The notes under the pieces are model-generated. The model saw only the letters and a list, made by a program, of their open reading frames with translations, searched no databases and had not been told where the DNA came from. Positions 1 to 17,446 of a DNA stretch of 64,000 bases are shown here, piece after piece. This DNA comes from an uncultured Acidobacteriota bacterium (GTDB lineage: Bacteria > Acidobacteriota > Thermoanaerobaculia > Multivoradales > UBA5704): NCBI GenBank assembly GCA_963700145.1, contig OY969474.1, positions 5,120,001 through 5,184,000 on the forward strand. The letters are read 5' to 3'. The position numbers and the translations under genes are program-made. The stretch's first letter is position 1; each line of letters opens with the position of its first letter.

Positions 1-25
1 CCCCCGATCCCAGACGGAGGAGTAA

Positions 26-1264
<1,239 letters not shown>

Positions 1265-1273
1265 AAGGAACCA

Positions 1274-3691
<2,418 letters not shown>

Positions 3692-3755
3692 CCCTCTGCT
3701 CGGTCCCAGCGCGCCCGCAACGGGCCGCGCGCGGGCCGTCCAGTGACAGCTCAGT

Positions 3756-4375
3756 TTGAAAGTCGAATCGGCGGAGTACGTCCGGTCGGCGCACGTGGAT
3801 GCGGACTTCGTGCGGGACGGGCGCCCCGAGGTGCTGTTCGCGGGGCGCTCGAACGTCGGCAAGTCCAGCCTGTTGAACCGGCTGCTGGGGAGGAAGGGGC
3901 TGGCCCGCACCAGCTCGACCCCGGGGCGCACACGGGCGGTCAATTACTTCCTGGTCAACGGCCGCTTCTATTTCGTGGATCTGCCGGGTTACGGCTACGC
4001 GAAGGCGGCGCGGACGGAGAGGCGGGCGTGGGGGGCGCTGGTGGACCGCTACCTGCAACAGGCGCTCCCGGGTTCTCAGGTGGTTTTGCTGGTGGACGGC
4101 AAGGTCGGCGCGACCGACCTCGACGTCCAGGCCCACCGCTACCTCGCGGGGCTGGGGGCCGAGCCGGTGGTGGTGGCCACCAAGGTCGACAAAGTGCCCC
4201 GCGGCCGGCGGACCCAGATGCAGCGCGACATCCGACAAACGCTGGAGGACGCGGACACCAGGATCATCGAAGTCTCGGCGCAGACGGGAGAGGGGGTCGG
4301 GGAGCTTTGGCGGACCATCGCGAGCTACCTCCAACCCGGCCCCGGATCCGGACGAACCGGCGCCGGAAACACTGA

Positions 4376-4379
<4 letters not shown>
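3756..4379 (+). CDS. engB: Ribosome biogenesis GTP-binding protein EngB/YihA/YsxC
   Basis: [19 protein letters not shown]; usual position after lon; TTG start. Confidence 0.95.
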
Positions 4380-5761
<1,382 letters not shown>

Positions 5762-5769
5762 GGGGTGCC

Positions 5770-6564
5770 GTGCCCAAGCTGCGGGTCGGCATCGTCAACT
5801 TCCTCAACAGCAAGCCGCTGGCCTGGGGGTTCCTCAAGGGCCACCACGCCGACGTCTTCGCGCCCAGCGTCCATCCGCCGGCGGTGGTGGCGCGGCTGCT
5901 CTCGCAGGGCAGCCTCGACGTCGGGCTCATCCCGTCGATCGAGTTCCAGAAGATCCCGGGGCTCAAGGTCATCCCCGACCTCTGCATCGCCGCCACCCAC
6001 GAGGCGCGGAGCGTGCTGCTGGTCGCCGAGAAGCCGTGGCAGGAGGTGCGGCGCGTGGCGGTCGACCAGAACAGCCGCACCTCGGTGGCGCTCGCCCGCA
6101 TCCTCTTCCGCGAGCGCTTCAAGACCGACCCGGAGATGGTGCAGGAGCGGCCGGAGCTCGAGCGCATGCTGGCCGACGCCGACGCCGCGCTGCTCATCGG
6201 CGACCCGGCGCTGAAGGTCGACCGCGAGCGCTTCCGCGTCCTCGACCTGGCCGGCGAGTGGCACGCCCTGACCGGCCTGCCCTTCGTCTTCGCGCTCTGG
6301 GCGGTGCGGCCGGAGGTGGAGTTCCCCGACCTCCCCTTCTACTTCAAGAGCAGCCTGCGCTACGGCCTGTCCTCGCTCGACGTCCTGGTGCGCGAGGCGG
6401 CCGCCGAGCTCGACCTCGACAGCGCCGAGGTGCGCTCCTACCTGACCGAGAACCTTGCCTACTTCCTGCGCCACGAGGAGCTCGCCGGCCTCGAGGAGTT
6501 CTACCGCCGCGCCCACGCCCACGGCCTGATCCTCCAGCCCAAGCCGCTCGACTTCTGGAGCTGA
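5770..6564 (+). CDS. mqnA: Chorismate dehydratase (futalosine menaquinone pathway)
   Basis: GTG start at 5770 in the frame of the 4684..6564 ORF; NFLNSKPL, DAALLIGDPAL, DLAGEWHALTGLPFVFALW; next to mqnC. Confidence 0.9.
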   Translation: MPKLRVGIVNFLNSKPLAWGFLKGHHADVFAPSVHPPAVVARLLSQGSLDVGLIPSIEFQKIPGLKVIPDLCIAATHEARSVLLVAEKPWQEVRRVAVDQNSRTSVALARILFRERFKTDPEMVQERPELERMLADADAALLIGDPALKVDRERFRVLDLAGEWHALTGLPFVFALWAVRPEVEFPDLPFYFKSSLRYGLSSLDVLVREAAAELDLDSAEVRSYLTENLAYFLRHEELAGLEEFYRRAHAHGLILQPKPLDFWS

Positions 6565-6577
6565 CACCTGGGCTAGG

Positions 6578-7768
6578 ATGATGGCCATGGACCTCCGCCC
6601 CTCCGGCCGGCCGGTGCCGGCCATCCTCGAGGACGCCCTCGCCGGCCGGCGCATCTCGGCCGGCGACGCCCACACCCTGGTCCTCGACGGCGACCTGCTG
6701 GCGCTCGGGGAGGCCGCCGACGCGGTGCGCAACCGCTGGAACGACCCCGCGGTCGCCACCTACAACATCGACCGCAACATCAACTACACCAACGTTTGCG
6801 TCTACAAGTGCCGCTTCTGCGCCTTCTACCGCGAGCCCGGCGACGCCGAGGGCTACCTGCTGCCGTTCGAGGAGATCGGGCGCAAGATCGAGGAGACCCT
6901 GGCGCTCAACGGCACCGGCATCCTGATGCAGGGCGGCGTCCACCCGGACCTGCCGCTCTCCTACTACGAGGACCTGCTGCACTACATCCGGCAGAACTAC
7001 CCCGCCCTCCACGTCCACGCCTTCTCGCCGCCGGAGATCAAGTTCGTCGCCAAGAAGGAGCGAATGAGCTTCCACGAGGTCATCGCGCGCCTCAAGCAGG
7101 CGGGGCTCATGTCGATCCCCGGCGGCGGCGCCGAGATCCTGTCCGACGCCGTGCGCAAGGACGTGCTGGCCTACCCCAAGTGCTCGGCCGAGGAGTGGAT
7201 CGACGTCATGCGCCAGGCGCACCGCAACGGCCTGCGCACCTCGGCGACGATGATGTACGGCATGGGCGAGGGGCTGGAGACCCGCATCGAGCACTTCCAG
7301 CGCGTGCGCGACCTCCAGGACGAGACCGGCGGTTTCACCGCCTTCATCTCCTGGACGTTCCAGCACGAGCACACCGAGATGGCCGAGGTGCCGGAGACCT
7401 ACGCCGAGGAGTACCTGCGCACCCTCGCCGTCTCGCGGCTCTTCCTCGACAACATCGTCCACTTCCAGACCAGCTGGGTGACGCAGGGGAAGAAGATCGG
7501 CCAGGTGGCGCTCTCCTTCGGCGCCGACGACATGGGCTCGATCATGATCGAGGAGAACGTCGTCTCCTCGGCCGGCACCTCGTACACCATGAGCCAGGAC
7601 GAGATGGAGCACCTGATCGCGGCCGCGGGGTACCTGCCGCGCCAGCGCACCAACCTCTACGAGCGGCTGGTCACCCGCGAGGAGACCGCCGAGCTCGCCC
7701 GCAAGTACCGCCACGCCCTGACCCCCGCCCACCGCGAGCTGGCCTCGGCCCTGCCCGTCCTGGGTTAG
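6578..7768 (+). CDS. mqnC: Cyclic dehypoxanthinyl futalosine synthase, radical SAM (start may be 6587)
   Basis: NINYTNVCVYKCRFC (CxxxCxxC), LMQGGVHP, DMGSIMIEENVVSSAG. Confidence 0.88.
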   Translation: MMAMDLRPSGRPVPAILEDALAGRRISAGDAHTLVLDGDLLALGEAADAVRNRWNDPAVATYNIDRNINYTNVCVYKCRFCAFYREPGDAEGYLLPFEEIGRKIEETLALNGTGILMQGGVHPDLPLSYYEDLLHYIRQNYPALHVHAFSPPEIKFVAKKERMSFHEVIARLKQAGLMSIPGGGAEILSDAVRKDVLAYPKCSAEEWIDVMRQAHRNGLRTSATMMYGMGEGLETRIEHFQRVRDLQDETGGFTAFISWTFQHEHTEMAEVPETYAEEYLRTLAVSRLFLDNIVHFQTSWVTQGKKIGQVALSFGADDMGSIMIEENVVSSAGTSYTMSQDEMEHLIAAAGYLPRQRTNLYERLVTREETAELARKYRHALTPAHRELASALPVLG

Positions 7769-7796
7769 GCCGGCCCGCGGCGGCGGGGTCCTCCCC

Positions 7797-9293
7797 CTAC
7801 GGCGTCACCTCCACGATGTGGGTCGTCCAGGCGCAGACGCCCGTGGCGTCGGGCACGGCGCGCTCGGCGGCGAGCCAGAAGCGGGAAAGGCCGGGCTCGG
7901 TCTGCGCCCCCACGAAGTCGCCGACCTTGTCCCGGCTGCCCGGCCGCGTGCAGGTGCCGAAGGTGTTGGCGGGGAGCATGGCCTGCACGAAGAAGAACGG
8001 GTCGATGAAGTTCTTGAACGCCCAGCCGGCGCTCAGGTAGCGGGTCGGGCTGCTGGTGAGGAACGGCACGGCGATCTGGTTGGCGGCGTTGACCGCGATG
8101 CCGGGCATGTAGTAGCCGAGATCGGTCTCTTCGTCGCCGCTGGCCAGCTCCACCATCTGCTGGAAGAAGGCGGTCAGCGTGGTGCCGCTGGAGCCGACGA
8201 AGACGGCCATCACGCGGACCACGGGCTTCTTGATGCTGCTGCCGGTCTGGTCGCGGCCGATGGTATGGACGGCCCACAGCCGGTCGCCGGTGGCCGCCAC
8301 CTGCATGATGCGGCTGTCGTTGATGTCGAGGAAGAACCCCGAGGGCTGCTTGGCGAACTGAGCATCGCGGTACTGGGAGCCCGTCATGTTGAGCACGTCG
8401 ACCGTCGGGCTGCCGGCCGAGACGTTGCGCACCCGCCAGACCCGGTACGTCGAGGTCGTCGGCGTCGGCGCCACGGCGCTGAACATGTAGGCGGGGTTCG
8501 AGACCCCGGGAAAGGACGACGGAGCCGTGTAGTGCACCGCCGGCTGCACGTGGCCGTTCCGTTGGTTGGTGCCGTGGGTCCCGGCCAGCTCCTGCGTCAG
8601 GGCAAGGAAGCTGGAGAGCGCGGGGCAGGCAACGGCGTTGTTGGTGGCGACGGCCTTGTTGATCACCCGCAGGATCCCGTACCGGTACTGGTACGTGGGG
8701 TTTGGGAACGTGAACTGGTCGTTGCTGATCAGGAAGGCGTCGGCACCGACGCCCACCATCGGGAAGTCGGCCCAGGTCGTGCCGCCGTCGCGCACCGAGT
8801 TGATCTTGTAGGTGCACCAGCTGCCGGTGCTGAAGCTCGTCGGGCTGGCGGAGCGGGAGACGGCAAGGTAGATGCTGGCCGTCTGCGGCTGCACGCCCGG
8901 GTTCCGTTGCAGGGCGACGATCCAGAAGCGCTGGTTCGGCCCCAGCCGGTCGTAGACCACGCGCGGATCGAACAGGACCATTTCGGTGCCGACGTTGGAG
9001 CCGAAGAAGGTGTTGAGAGGCGTCGTCGCCAGCGTCGTCCCGCTCGTGGTGTAGAGGCGAATGGCGCTGTTGGTGGCGTGGATCACGTGCGTGCCGTTCG
9101 CCCCGAGGATCGTGTCGGGGGGCCGGAAGACGTTGTCCGCGCCCTTGGCGGTGTCGTAGTTGAGCCCGGCGAAGGACTGCGTCACGGTCTGCGCGGCGAG
9201 AGGCGGGGTGAGCCAGAGCAGCAGGAGCCCGGCGGCTCCCGCCCGCCAGGCCGTCCGCGCGTTGGTTCGATCTGTTCGGTTGCCGAGGTCCAT
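7797..9293 (-). CDS. Secreted beta-rich protein of unknown function (498 aa)
   Basis: GAAAGGAGG RBS before ATG 9293; signal peptide (AGLLLLWLTPPLAA-Q); PPDT, FDPRVVYD, WADFP, GDF motifs; Thr/Ser/Asn-rich. Confidence 0.8.
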   Translation of the reverse strand: MDLGNRTDRTNARTAWRAGAAGLLLLWLTPPLAAQTVTQSFAGLNYDTAKGADNVFRPPDTILGANGTHVIHATNSAIRLYTTSGTTLATTPLNTFFGSNVGTEMVLFDPRVVYDRLGPNQRFWIVALQRNPGVQPQTASIYLAVSRSASPTSFSTGSWCTYKINSVRDGGTTWADFPMVGVGADAFLISNDQFTFPNPTYQYRYGILRVINKAVATNNAVACPALSSFLALTQELAGTHGTNQRNGHVQPAVHYTAPSSFPGVSNPAYMFSAVAPTPTTSTYRVWRVRNVSAGSPTVDVLNMTGSQYRDAQFAKQPSGFFLDINDSRIMQVAATGDRLWAVHTIGRDQTGSSIKKPVVRVMAVFVGSSGTTLTAFFQQMVELASGDEETDLGYYMPGIAVNAANQIAVPFLTSSPTRYLSAGWAFKNFIDPFFFVQAMLPANTFGTCTRPGSRDKVGDFVGAQTEPGLSRFWLAAERAVPDATGVCAWTTHIVEVTP

Positions 9294-9333
9294 GATGTTC
9301 CTCCTTTCGGATGCTCGAGCGCGGAGGTGAAAG

Positions 9334-9349
9334 GCAAGACCGGCGCCAG
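9334..9349 (-). promoter_or_regulatory. Sigma54 (-24/-12) promoter of the secreted protein gene
   Basis: Minus strand CTGGCGCCGGTCTTGC matches TGGCACG-N4-TTGC with exact GG-N10-GC spacing, ~40 nt before the ATG. Confidence 0.75.
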
Positions 9350-9362
9350 CCGGCGGTTCGCG

Positions 9363-9375
9363 TAAATCGTTGACC
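9363..9375 (-). promoter_or_regulatory. IHF-like binding site
   Basis: Minus strand GGTCAACGATTTA versus consensus WATCAANNNNTTR; lies between the -24/-12 box and the palindromes. Confidence 0.45.
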
Positions 9376-9411
9376 ACGAAGGAGGAACGCGGGACGCCGT
9401 ACGTTTACATC

Positions 9412-9448
9412 GCCCAGGCGGTGGGCACGGCGCGCCCAGCCGCTGGGC
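9412..9448. promoter_or_regulatory. Two GCCCA-N5-TGGGC palindromes 22 bp apart (candidate upstream activator sequences)
   Basis: GCCCAggcggTGGGC at 9412-9426 and GCCCAgccgcTGGGC at 9434-9448. Confidence 0.6.
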
Positions 9449-9589
9449 GTTTCGGTCTTTGCGCAGGTTGCCGCCGCGAATGGAAGCCGGAAGGTTCGTG
9501 TTGATGCTCCTAGCGATGAGCTTCGACGGGCCGCGACCGGCGCGCGTAGTAGGCTTGAGGGCTCGGAATCCGTCGAGACGGCGTGCCAA

Positions 9590-12515
9590 GTGATCGAGGA
9601 CTTCACCGCCACTCCGACGGTCGGCGCCGTCACCCCGGCGGCCGGCGGCGGCCCGCCGCCGCCGGGCCCTGCCGCCTTCGCTCCCGGCGAGCTGGCGGCC
9701 GGCCGCTTCCGCATCGCGCGCCTGCTCGGCGCGGGGGGCGCCGGCCAGGTCTTCGAGGCGCTCGACCTCGAGATCGACCAGCCGCTGGCGCTCAAGGTCC
9801 TCCACCCCCGCTTCGCCGGCGACGACCGCGCCACCGCCCACTTCAAGCGCGAGTTCCTGCTCGCCCGCCGCATCACCCACCCCAACGTCTGCCGCGTCTT
9901 CGACCTCTTCACCCACCGCCCGGCGGCGCCGGGCGTCTGGGGCGAGGCGGTGGTCTTCCTGACCATGGAGCTGCTCGCCGGCGAGTCCCTGGCCGCGCGG
10001 CTGCGCCGCCGCGGCCGGATGGCGCCCGCGGAGGTGCTGCCGCTCCTCCAGCAGGTGGCGCGGGCGCTCGACGCGGCGCACGCCGCCGGCGTCGTGCACC
10101 GCGACTTCAAGAGCGCCAACGTGATGCTCATCCCCACGGCCGGCGGGTCGCGGGCGGTGATCACCGACTTCGGGGTGGCGGTGGCGCGGCCGGGGGACCC
10201 GCTCTGGGTGCACGGCAACCGCGGCATGGTGGGATCGCCGGCCTACATGGCGCCGGAGCAGGTGCTGGGGGCCGAGGTCACCGCCGCCGCCGACATCTAC
10301 GCTCTGGGGATCGTGCTCTACGAGCTGGTCACCGGGCGGCGCCCCTTCGGCGGCCCCGACCGCCTCGCAGCCGCCCTGCAGCGGCTGACCCGTCCGCCGG
10401 TGCCGCCGCGGCGGTTCCTGCCCACGCTCGACCGGCGCTGGGAGGAGACGATCCTCCGCTGCCTCGAGCGCGAGCCCGCGTCCCGCTTCGCCAGCGCCGG
10501 CGACGCCGTCGCCGCGCTCACCGCCGACGGTCCGCCGCGCGCCGCCCCGGTCCGCCGTCCGACGCTCGCGGTGCTCGGCCTCGACGACCTGGCGCCGCGT
10601 CCGGCCACCCCCGAGGGAGCGCGGCTCTATGCCGAGGGGCTCGAAGCGCTCCGCCGCGGCGAGGCGGCGGCGGCGCGCGACCTGCTCGAGCGGGCGGTGG
10701 CGCTCGACCCCGACTTCCCGCTGGCGCACATGGCGCTCTCGGAGGCCTGGTCGGCGGTCGGCTGCGACGCGTCGGCGCAGCAGGCGGCCTCCCGCGCTCG
10801 CGAGCTCGCCGCCCGCCTGCCGCGCGAGCAGCGGCTGCAGGTCGAGGCGCGCTACTGGGAGGCGATGAGCGGCTGGGAGCGCGCGGCGGAGGTCTACCGC
10901 GCCCTCGCCACCTTCTTCCCCGACGAGCCGGCTTACGCCCTCCGGCTGGCGGCGGTGCAGACCCAGAACGGCCGCCCGGACGACGCGCTGGCGACGCTCG
11001 ACGGCCTGCGCGCCCTCCCCGCGCCGGCCGGCGACGATCCGCGGATCGACCTGGAGGAGGCGCGCGCCGCCGAGGTGCTCTCCGAGTTCGGCCGCCAGCT
11101 CGCGGCGGCGGAGGCCGCGGCGGCCAAGGCGCGGGCGCTCGGGCTGCCGCTGCTCGAGGCCGCGGCCCACCTGCTGGCGGGCGAGGCACGCCAGCACTCG
11201 GGTGACCTCGACCGCGCTCTCGCCGCGTTCGCTGCCGCCGAGCGGATCTTCCGCGCCGCCGGCGACCTGCGCGGCACGGCGCAGGCGGTGCGGCTGACCG
11301 GCGCCGCTCTCTACGAGCGCCACGACCTCGTCGGGGCCGCCGAGCGGCACGAGGAGGGACTGGCCCTCGCCCGCCGTATCGGCAACCGCCGGGCGATCGC
11401 CGACGCGCTCAACAAGATCGGCAATCTCCGGCTGCTGCAAGGGCGCTTCGACGAGGCGCACCGCACCTACGAGGAAGCGCTCGTCATCCGCCGCGAGATC
11501 GCCGACCTCCGCGGCATCGCCAACCTGGAGTCGAACCTGGGGCTCATCCACCACTACCGCTCCGATCTGCGCGGGGCACGGCCGCGGTACGAGACGGCGC
11601 TGGCGCTCTTCACCCGCTGCGGCGATCGCCGCGAGCGCGGACAGGTCCTCTACAAGCTGGGCGACTTGCTGCACAACGAGGGCGATCTGCTGGCGGCACG
11701 CGCCGTCGGCCAGCAGGCGCTCTCCCTGTTCTGGCTCATCGGCGAGACCGGCGAGCGGAAACGCGCCCTCTGGCTCATCGCCAGCGGGCTCTTCGAAGGG
11801 GGCGACCTGCGCCGCGCCGCGCACCTGCTGGACCTGGCGGAAGCGCTGCCCGACCTCGGCGGCCCGCTCGTCGCCTCGGCGGTGCAGCACCTGCGCGCGC
11901 GCCTCCTCTACGCCGGCGACGAGCTCGCCGCGGCGCGCGCCCAGCTCGACCTCCTCGACCGCGAGGCCGCCGTGGCGGGGGACCTCTGGGCGCGGCGCGA
12001 GCTGTCGCTCCTGCGCCTCTGCGTCGACTTCGAGGACGGCCGCAACACCGAGGCCGAGGAGCGCGCGTCGACACTCGCCGAATACTTCGCGCGGCTCGGC
12101 GTCGGGGACAGCCACGCCATGGCCCTCACTGTCATGGCGGCCTGCCGCCTGGCGGCGGGCGACGTGGCGGCGGCCCAGGACCTGACGGCGCGCGCGGCGC
12201 GGCTGCCGATGCACAACCTCCTCGGCCGCTTCACCTGCGACATCTTCGCCGCCGAGGTCGCGGCGCGCGCCGGCGGGCAGGCGGCGGCGCGGGCGACCCT
12301 GCGCGGGATCGTGGCCGAGACCCGGCGCCGCGGCCTGGTCCGGCTCCAGCTGCGGGCCGAGCTGGCGACCGGGCGCCTCCTCCTCGCCCACGGCCGGCCG
12401 GCGCAGGCGACCGCGCTCCTGGTGCGGCTCGAGCGGCGGAGCCGCGGCCTGGGCTTCCACCTCTTCGCCCGCCGGGCCGCCGAGGCCCGCGCCAATCCCC
12501 GCGCTCTCGCCGCAC

Positions 12516-12526
<11 letters not shown>
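9590..12526 (+). CDS. Hanks-type Ser/Thr protein kinase with C-terminal TPR repeats
   Basis: GAGGAGQV, ALKVL, HRDFKSANV, DFG, GSPAYMAPEQ; helical TPR-like repeats (ALNKIGNL, LESNLGLI); no TM segment seen. Confidence 0.92.
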
Positions 12527-14396
<1,870 letters not shown>

Positions 14397-14404
14397 GGAG
14401 AGGG

Positions 14405-16153
14405 ATGCGAAGCGCCCGGACCTCCGTTCTCCTCTGCATCCTCGCCCTGGCTTCGGCGGCCGCCTGCCGCGCCTTGGCCGCACCGCTCCAGCTCACCCCC
14501 TGCACGCCGCCCGGCATGACCGGCGAGGCCCGCTGCGGCACCTACGAGGTCTACGAAGACCGCGCCGCCGGGACGGGGCGCAAGGTGCCCATCGCGGTCG
14601 TCGTCCTCCCCGCGACCGGCCCCGAGCGCCGGCCCGATCCCTTCCTCTACTTCGCCGGGGGCCCTGGCGAGTCGGCCACCGCCGGCGCTCCCTTCATCGC
14701 CCGGGCCTTCGCCGACCTGCGCCGGAGCCGCGACATCGTCCTGATCGACCTGCGCGGCACCGGTCAGTCGGCGCCGCTCGTCTGCGCCGAGACGAAGGGG
14801 GCACGCGGCGTCCAGGGGTTCCTCGAGGACTTCCTGCCGGTCGCCGCGGTACGTGCCTGCCGTCGCGAGCACGCGGGGCGGGCCCTCGCGCACTACAACA
14901 CCGCGGTCGCGGTGGACGACGTGGCCGAGGTGCTCGCGGCCCTGGGCTACGAGCGCGCCAACCTCTACGGCGCCTCCTACGGCACCCGCAGCGCGCTGAC
15001 GCTCCTCCGCCGCCACCCCGAGCGGGTGCGGACCCTCGCGCTCCTCGGCGTCGTGCCGTCGGACTCCCGGTCGCCGTCGACCTTCGCGCGCGACGCCCAG
15101 GACGCCCTCGACGGCACTCTCGCCGAGTGCGCCGCCGATCCGGTCTGCGGCAAGGCCTTCCCGCGCGCCCGCGAGGAGCTGGCCGCCGTGCTCGAGCGGC
15201 TGGCGGCGGCGCCGGTGACGGTCGAGCTCCGCCATCCGCGGACCGGCGAGCCGCTCTCCCTGCACCTTACCCGCGCCGGCTTCGCGCAGACGCTGCGCTA
15301 CATGCTCTATTCGGCGGCGAGCGCCGTCCTGGTGCCGCTCTATGCACAGGCGGCCTACGCCGGGAACTTCCGGCCGGTCGCCGAGCTGGCCGTGTTCCTG
15401 GTGAGCGGTATGAGCGGCAGCGCGCTGGCGAGCGGCTTTTTCCTCTCCGTCACCTGCGCCGAGGACGTCCTCTTCATCGACGAGGCGTCGGCGGCTGCGT
15501 CGGCGCGCGGCACCTTCATCGGCGACTTCCGGGTGCGCGCCCAGCAGGCGGCCTGCCGCGAGTGGGGCGTGCCGGCGCTGCCGCCCGAGACGATGGCGCC
15601 GGTCCGCTCGGACGTCCCGGCGCTGCTGATCTCGGGCGAGCGCGACCCCGTGACCCCGGCCCGCGGCGGGGAGGAGGTGGCGCGCCATCTGTCGCGGGCG
15701 CGGCACGTCGTCGTCGCCGACGGCGCCCACGGCTTCGAGGGGATGAAGGGTGCCGACTGCCTCGACGGCCTGGTGACGCAGCTCGTCGAGAAGGGGTCGG
15801 CCGAGGCGCTCGACACGGCGTGCCTGGCGGCGGTGGAGCGCCCGCCGTTCGCCACCGAGCTGCCGGCGGCGGAGGTGGCGGTGGCGCCGGAGCGTTTGGC
15901 GAAGCTGGCGGGGACCTACGCCGCGCCGGAGGGCGGCCTCGAGGTGACCCTGACGGTGGCCGACGGGCGCCTGCGTCTGGCCTTCGGCGAGGAAGATGTC
16001 TTCTTCCTCGTCGCGGTCTCTCCCGAGCGCTTCCGCGTCGAGGGGATGCCGGCCGGCTACTTCGCGGAGCTCGAGGAGCGGGAGGGGAAGGTCACGGCGC
16101 TGCGGCTGGTCGAAGGAGCCAACTCCACGACGGTCCTCCGGCGCCGCGACTAG
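14405..16153 (+). CDS. Exported alpha/beta hydrolase (TAP-like peptidase)
   Basis: Signal peptide; GGPG, DLRGTG, nucleophile GASYG, GERDPVTP, GAHG. Confidence 0.85.
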   Translation: MRSARTSVLLCILALASAAACRALAAPLQLTPCTPPGMTGEARCGTYEVYEDRAAGTGRKVPIAVVVLPATGPERRPDPFLYFAGGPGESATAGAPFIARAFADLRRSRDIVLIDLRGTGQSAPLVCAETKGARGVQGFLEDFLPVAAVRACRREHAGRALAHYNTAVAVDDVAEVLAALGYERANLYGASYGTRSALTLLRRHPERVRTLALLGVVPSDSRSPSTFARDAQDALDGTLAECAADPVCGKAFPRAREELAAVLERLAAAPVTVELRHPRTGEPLSLHLTRAGFAQTLRYMLYSAASAVLVPLYAQAAYAGNFRPVAELAVFLVSGMSGSALASGFFLSVTCAEDVLFIDEASAAASARGTFIGDFRVRAQQAACREWGVPALPPETMAPVRSDVPALLISGERDPVTPARGGEEVARHLSRARHVVVADGAHGFEGMKGADCLDGLVTQLVEKGSAEALDTACLAAVERPPFATELPAAEVAVAPERLAKLAGTYAAPEGGLEVTLTVADGRLRLAFGEEDVFFLVAVSPERFRVEGMPAGYFAELEEREGKVTALRLVEGANSTTVLRRRD

Positions 16154-16159
16154 GGGCGT

Positions 16160-16489
16160 TCACTCCCACGGGATGTCAGGCATCCGCAGGCGCTCGACCT
16201 CCTCGCCGCCGCCGAGGACGGTGCGCTGGAGGATCTCCTCGACGTCTTCGAGGGTCACCCGGCGGTACCAGAGGTTGTACGGCCAGACGGCGACCGTGAT
16301 CCCCTGGCTGCAGTGCTTGAGGCAGCCGGTGCGCACCACCATCACCTCGCCGCGCACCCCGAGCTCCTTGACCCGGTCCTTGAAGCGCCGGTAGACCTCG
16401 AGCGAGCCGCGCGGCCCGCAGCTCGGCTTGCCGGTCTCGGGGGCGCGCTCGTTGGTACAGACGAGGACCTGGACGCGGGGCCTGGGCAC
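16160..16489 (-). CDS. Thioredoxin-like (2Fe-2S) ferredoxin
   Basis: GTG 16489 overlaps the upstream stop; VLVCTNER...SC...RTGCLKHC...WY. Confidence 0.85.
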   Translation of the reverse strand: MPRPRVQVLVCTNERAPETGKPSCGPRGSLEVYRRFKDRVKELGVRGEVMVVRTGCLKHCSQGITVAVWPYNLWYRRVTLEDVEEILQRTVLGGGEEVERLRMPDIPWE

Positions 16490-16884
16490 TACAGGAACCC
16501 GACCTCCCGCGTGGCGGCGGCGACGACGTAGCAGCGCTCGTTGTTCGATTCCGGGTCGGCCGGCACGACGAAGAAGCCGGGGCGCGAGGGGTTGTACCCC
16601 TGGGTCGTGCCCACCAGCACCTCGCCGTCCTTGAAGACGATGCGGATGCGGCGGCCCGGCACGGCCTCGGCGGCCGCGGGGTCGTTGACCTTCGGACGCT
16701 GCGGGTCGCCGTCGAAGGTCTTGACGAAGAAGATCGCCTTGAGCTCGGCGACCGGGACTTTCACCGGCCGGGCGCCCACCGGCTCCGTGGCCGTGAGGTG
16801 AAATGCGTCTCGTCCCGGCAGGAAATCGTAGGTGAACCCCTTGAGCAGGCGGCCATCCTGGAAGTGGGCGACGACGCGGTTCAT
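16489..16884 (-). CDS. Small conserved hypothetical protein (DUF6982-like)
   Basis: Two similar halves VVAHFQDGRLLKG / IRIVFKDGEVLVG; LKAIFFVK, GFFVVPAD. Confidence 0.65.
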   Translation of the reverse strand: MNRVVAHFQDGRLLKGFTYDFLPGRDAFHLTATEPVGARPVKVPVAELKAIFFVKTFDGDPQRPKVNDPAAAEAVPGRRIRIVFKDGEVLVGTTQGYNPSRPGFFVVPADPESNNERCYVVAAATREVGFL

Positions 16885-16979
16885 GGCGATCGGCGCGCCA
16901 TCCTAGCGCGAGGCCCGGGGCCGAGCCATGTGGTAGCTTCTCCGCCATCTGACGCGGCACGTCCGAACGGGAGCGCGCG

Positions 16980-17420
16980 ATGGCCTGGTGGGCCTGGATC
17001 CTCCTCGGTCTCGTCCTGCTGGGGCTCGAGCTCCTGATCGGGACGCTGTACCTCGTCTTCCCCGGCGTGGCGGCCCTCGCCATCGGCCTCCTCGCCTTCG
17101 TCGACGCGGGCTCCGCCTGGGTCGAGTGGCTGCTCTTCACCGTCCTCTCGGTCGGCACCATGATGCTCTTCCGCCGGCCGCTCCTCGGCCGCCTCAAGCT
17201 CGGCGGCGACCCCGGCGACATCGACGCGCTGGTCGGCGAGACCGCCATCCTGGTCGAGCCGCTGCCGCCGGACGGCATTGGCAAGGCCGACATGCGTGGC
17301 AGCTCGTGGAACGTGCGCAACGCCGGCGAGGAGCCGCTGGCGGCCGGGCAGCGGGTGCGGGTCGAGCGGGTGCAGGGACTCTTGCTGTGGGTGCGGGCGG
17401 AGCGGAGCGGCGGCGCCTGA
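16980..17420 (+). CDS. NfeD-family membrane protein
   Basis: Hydrophobic N-terminus plus OB-fold C-terminus (LVGETA...G..W...GQRVRVERVQG); precedes an SPFH gene. Confidence 0.88.
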   Translation: MAWWAWILLGLVLLGLELLIGTLYLVFPGVAALAIGLLAFVDAGSAWVEWLLFTVLSVGTMMLFRRPLLGRLKLGGDPGDIDALVGETAILVEPLPPDGIGKADMRGSSWNVRNAGEEPLAAGQRVRVERVQGLLLWVRAERSGGA

Positions 17421-17446
17421 CGCGCCCGCCTGCGAAAGGAGCTGCG

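Noticed and set aside
9573-9589. Second sigma54 promoter TTGGCACG on the minus strand
   Set aside because: The -12 position reads CTCG, not TTGC
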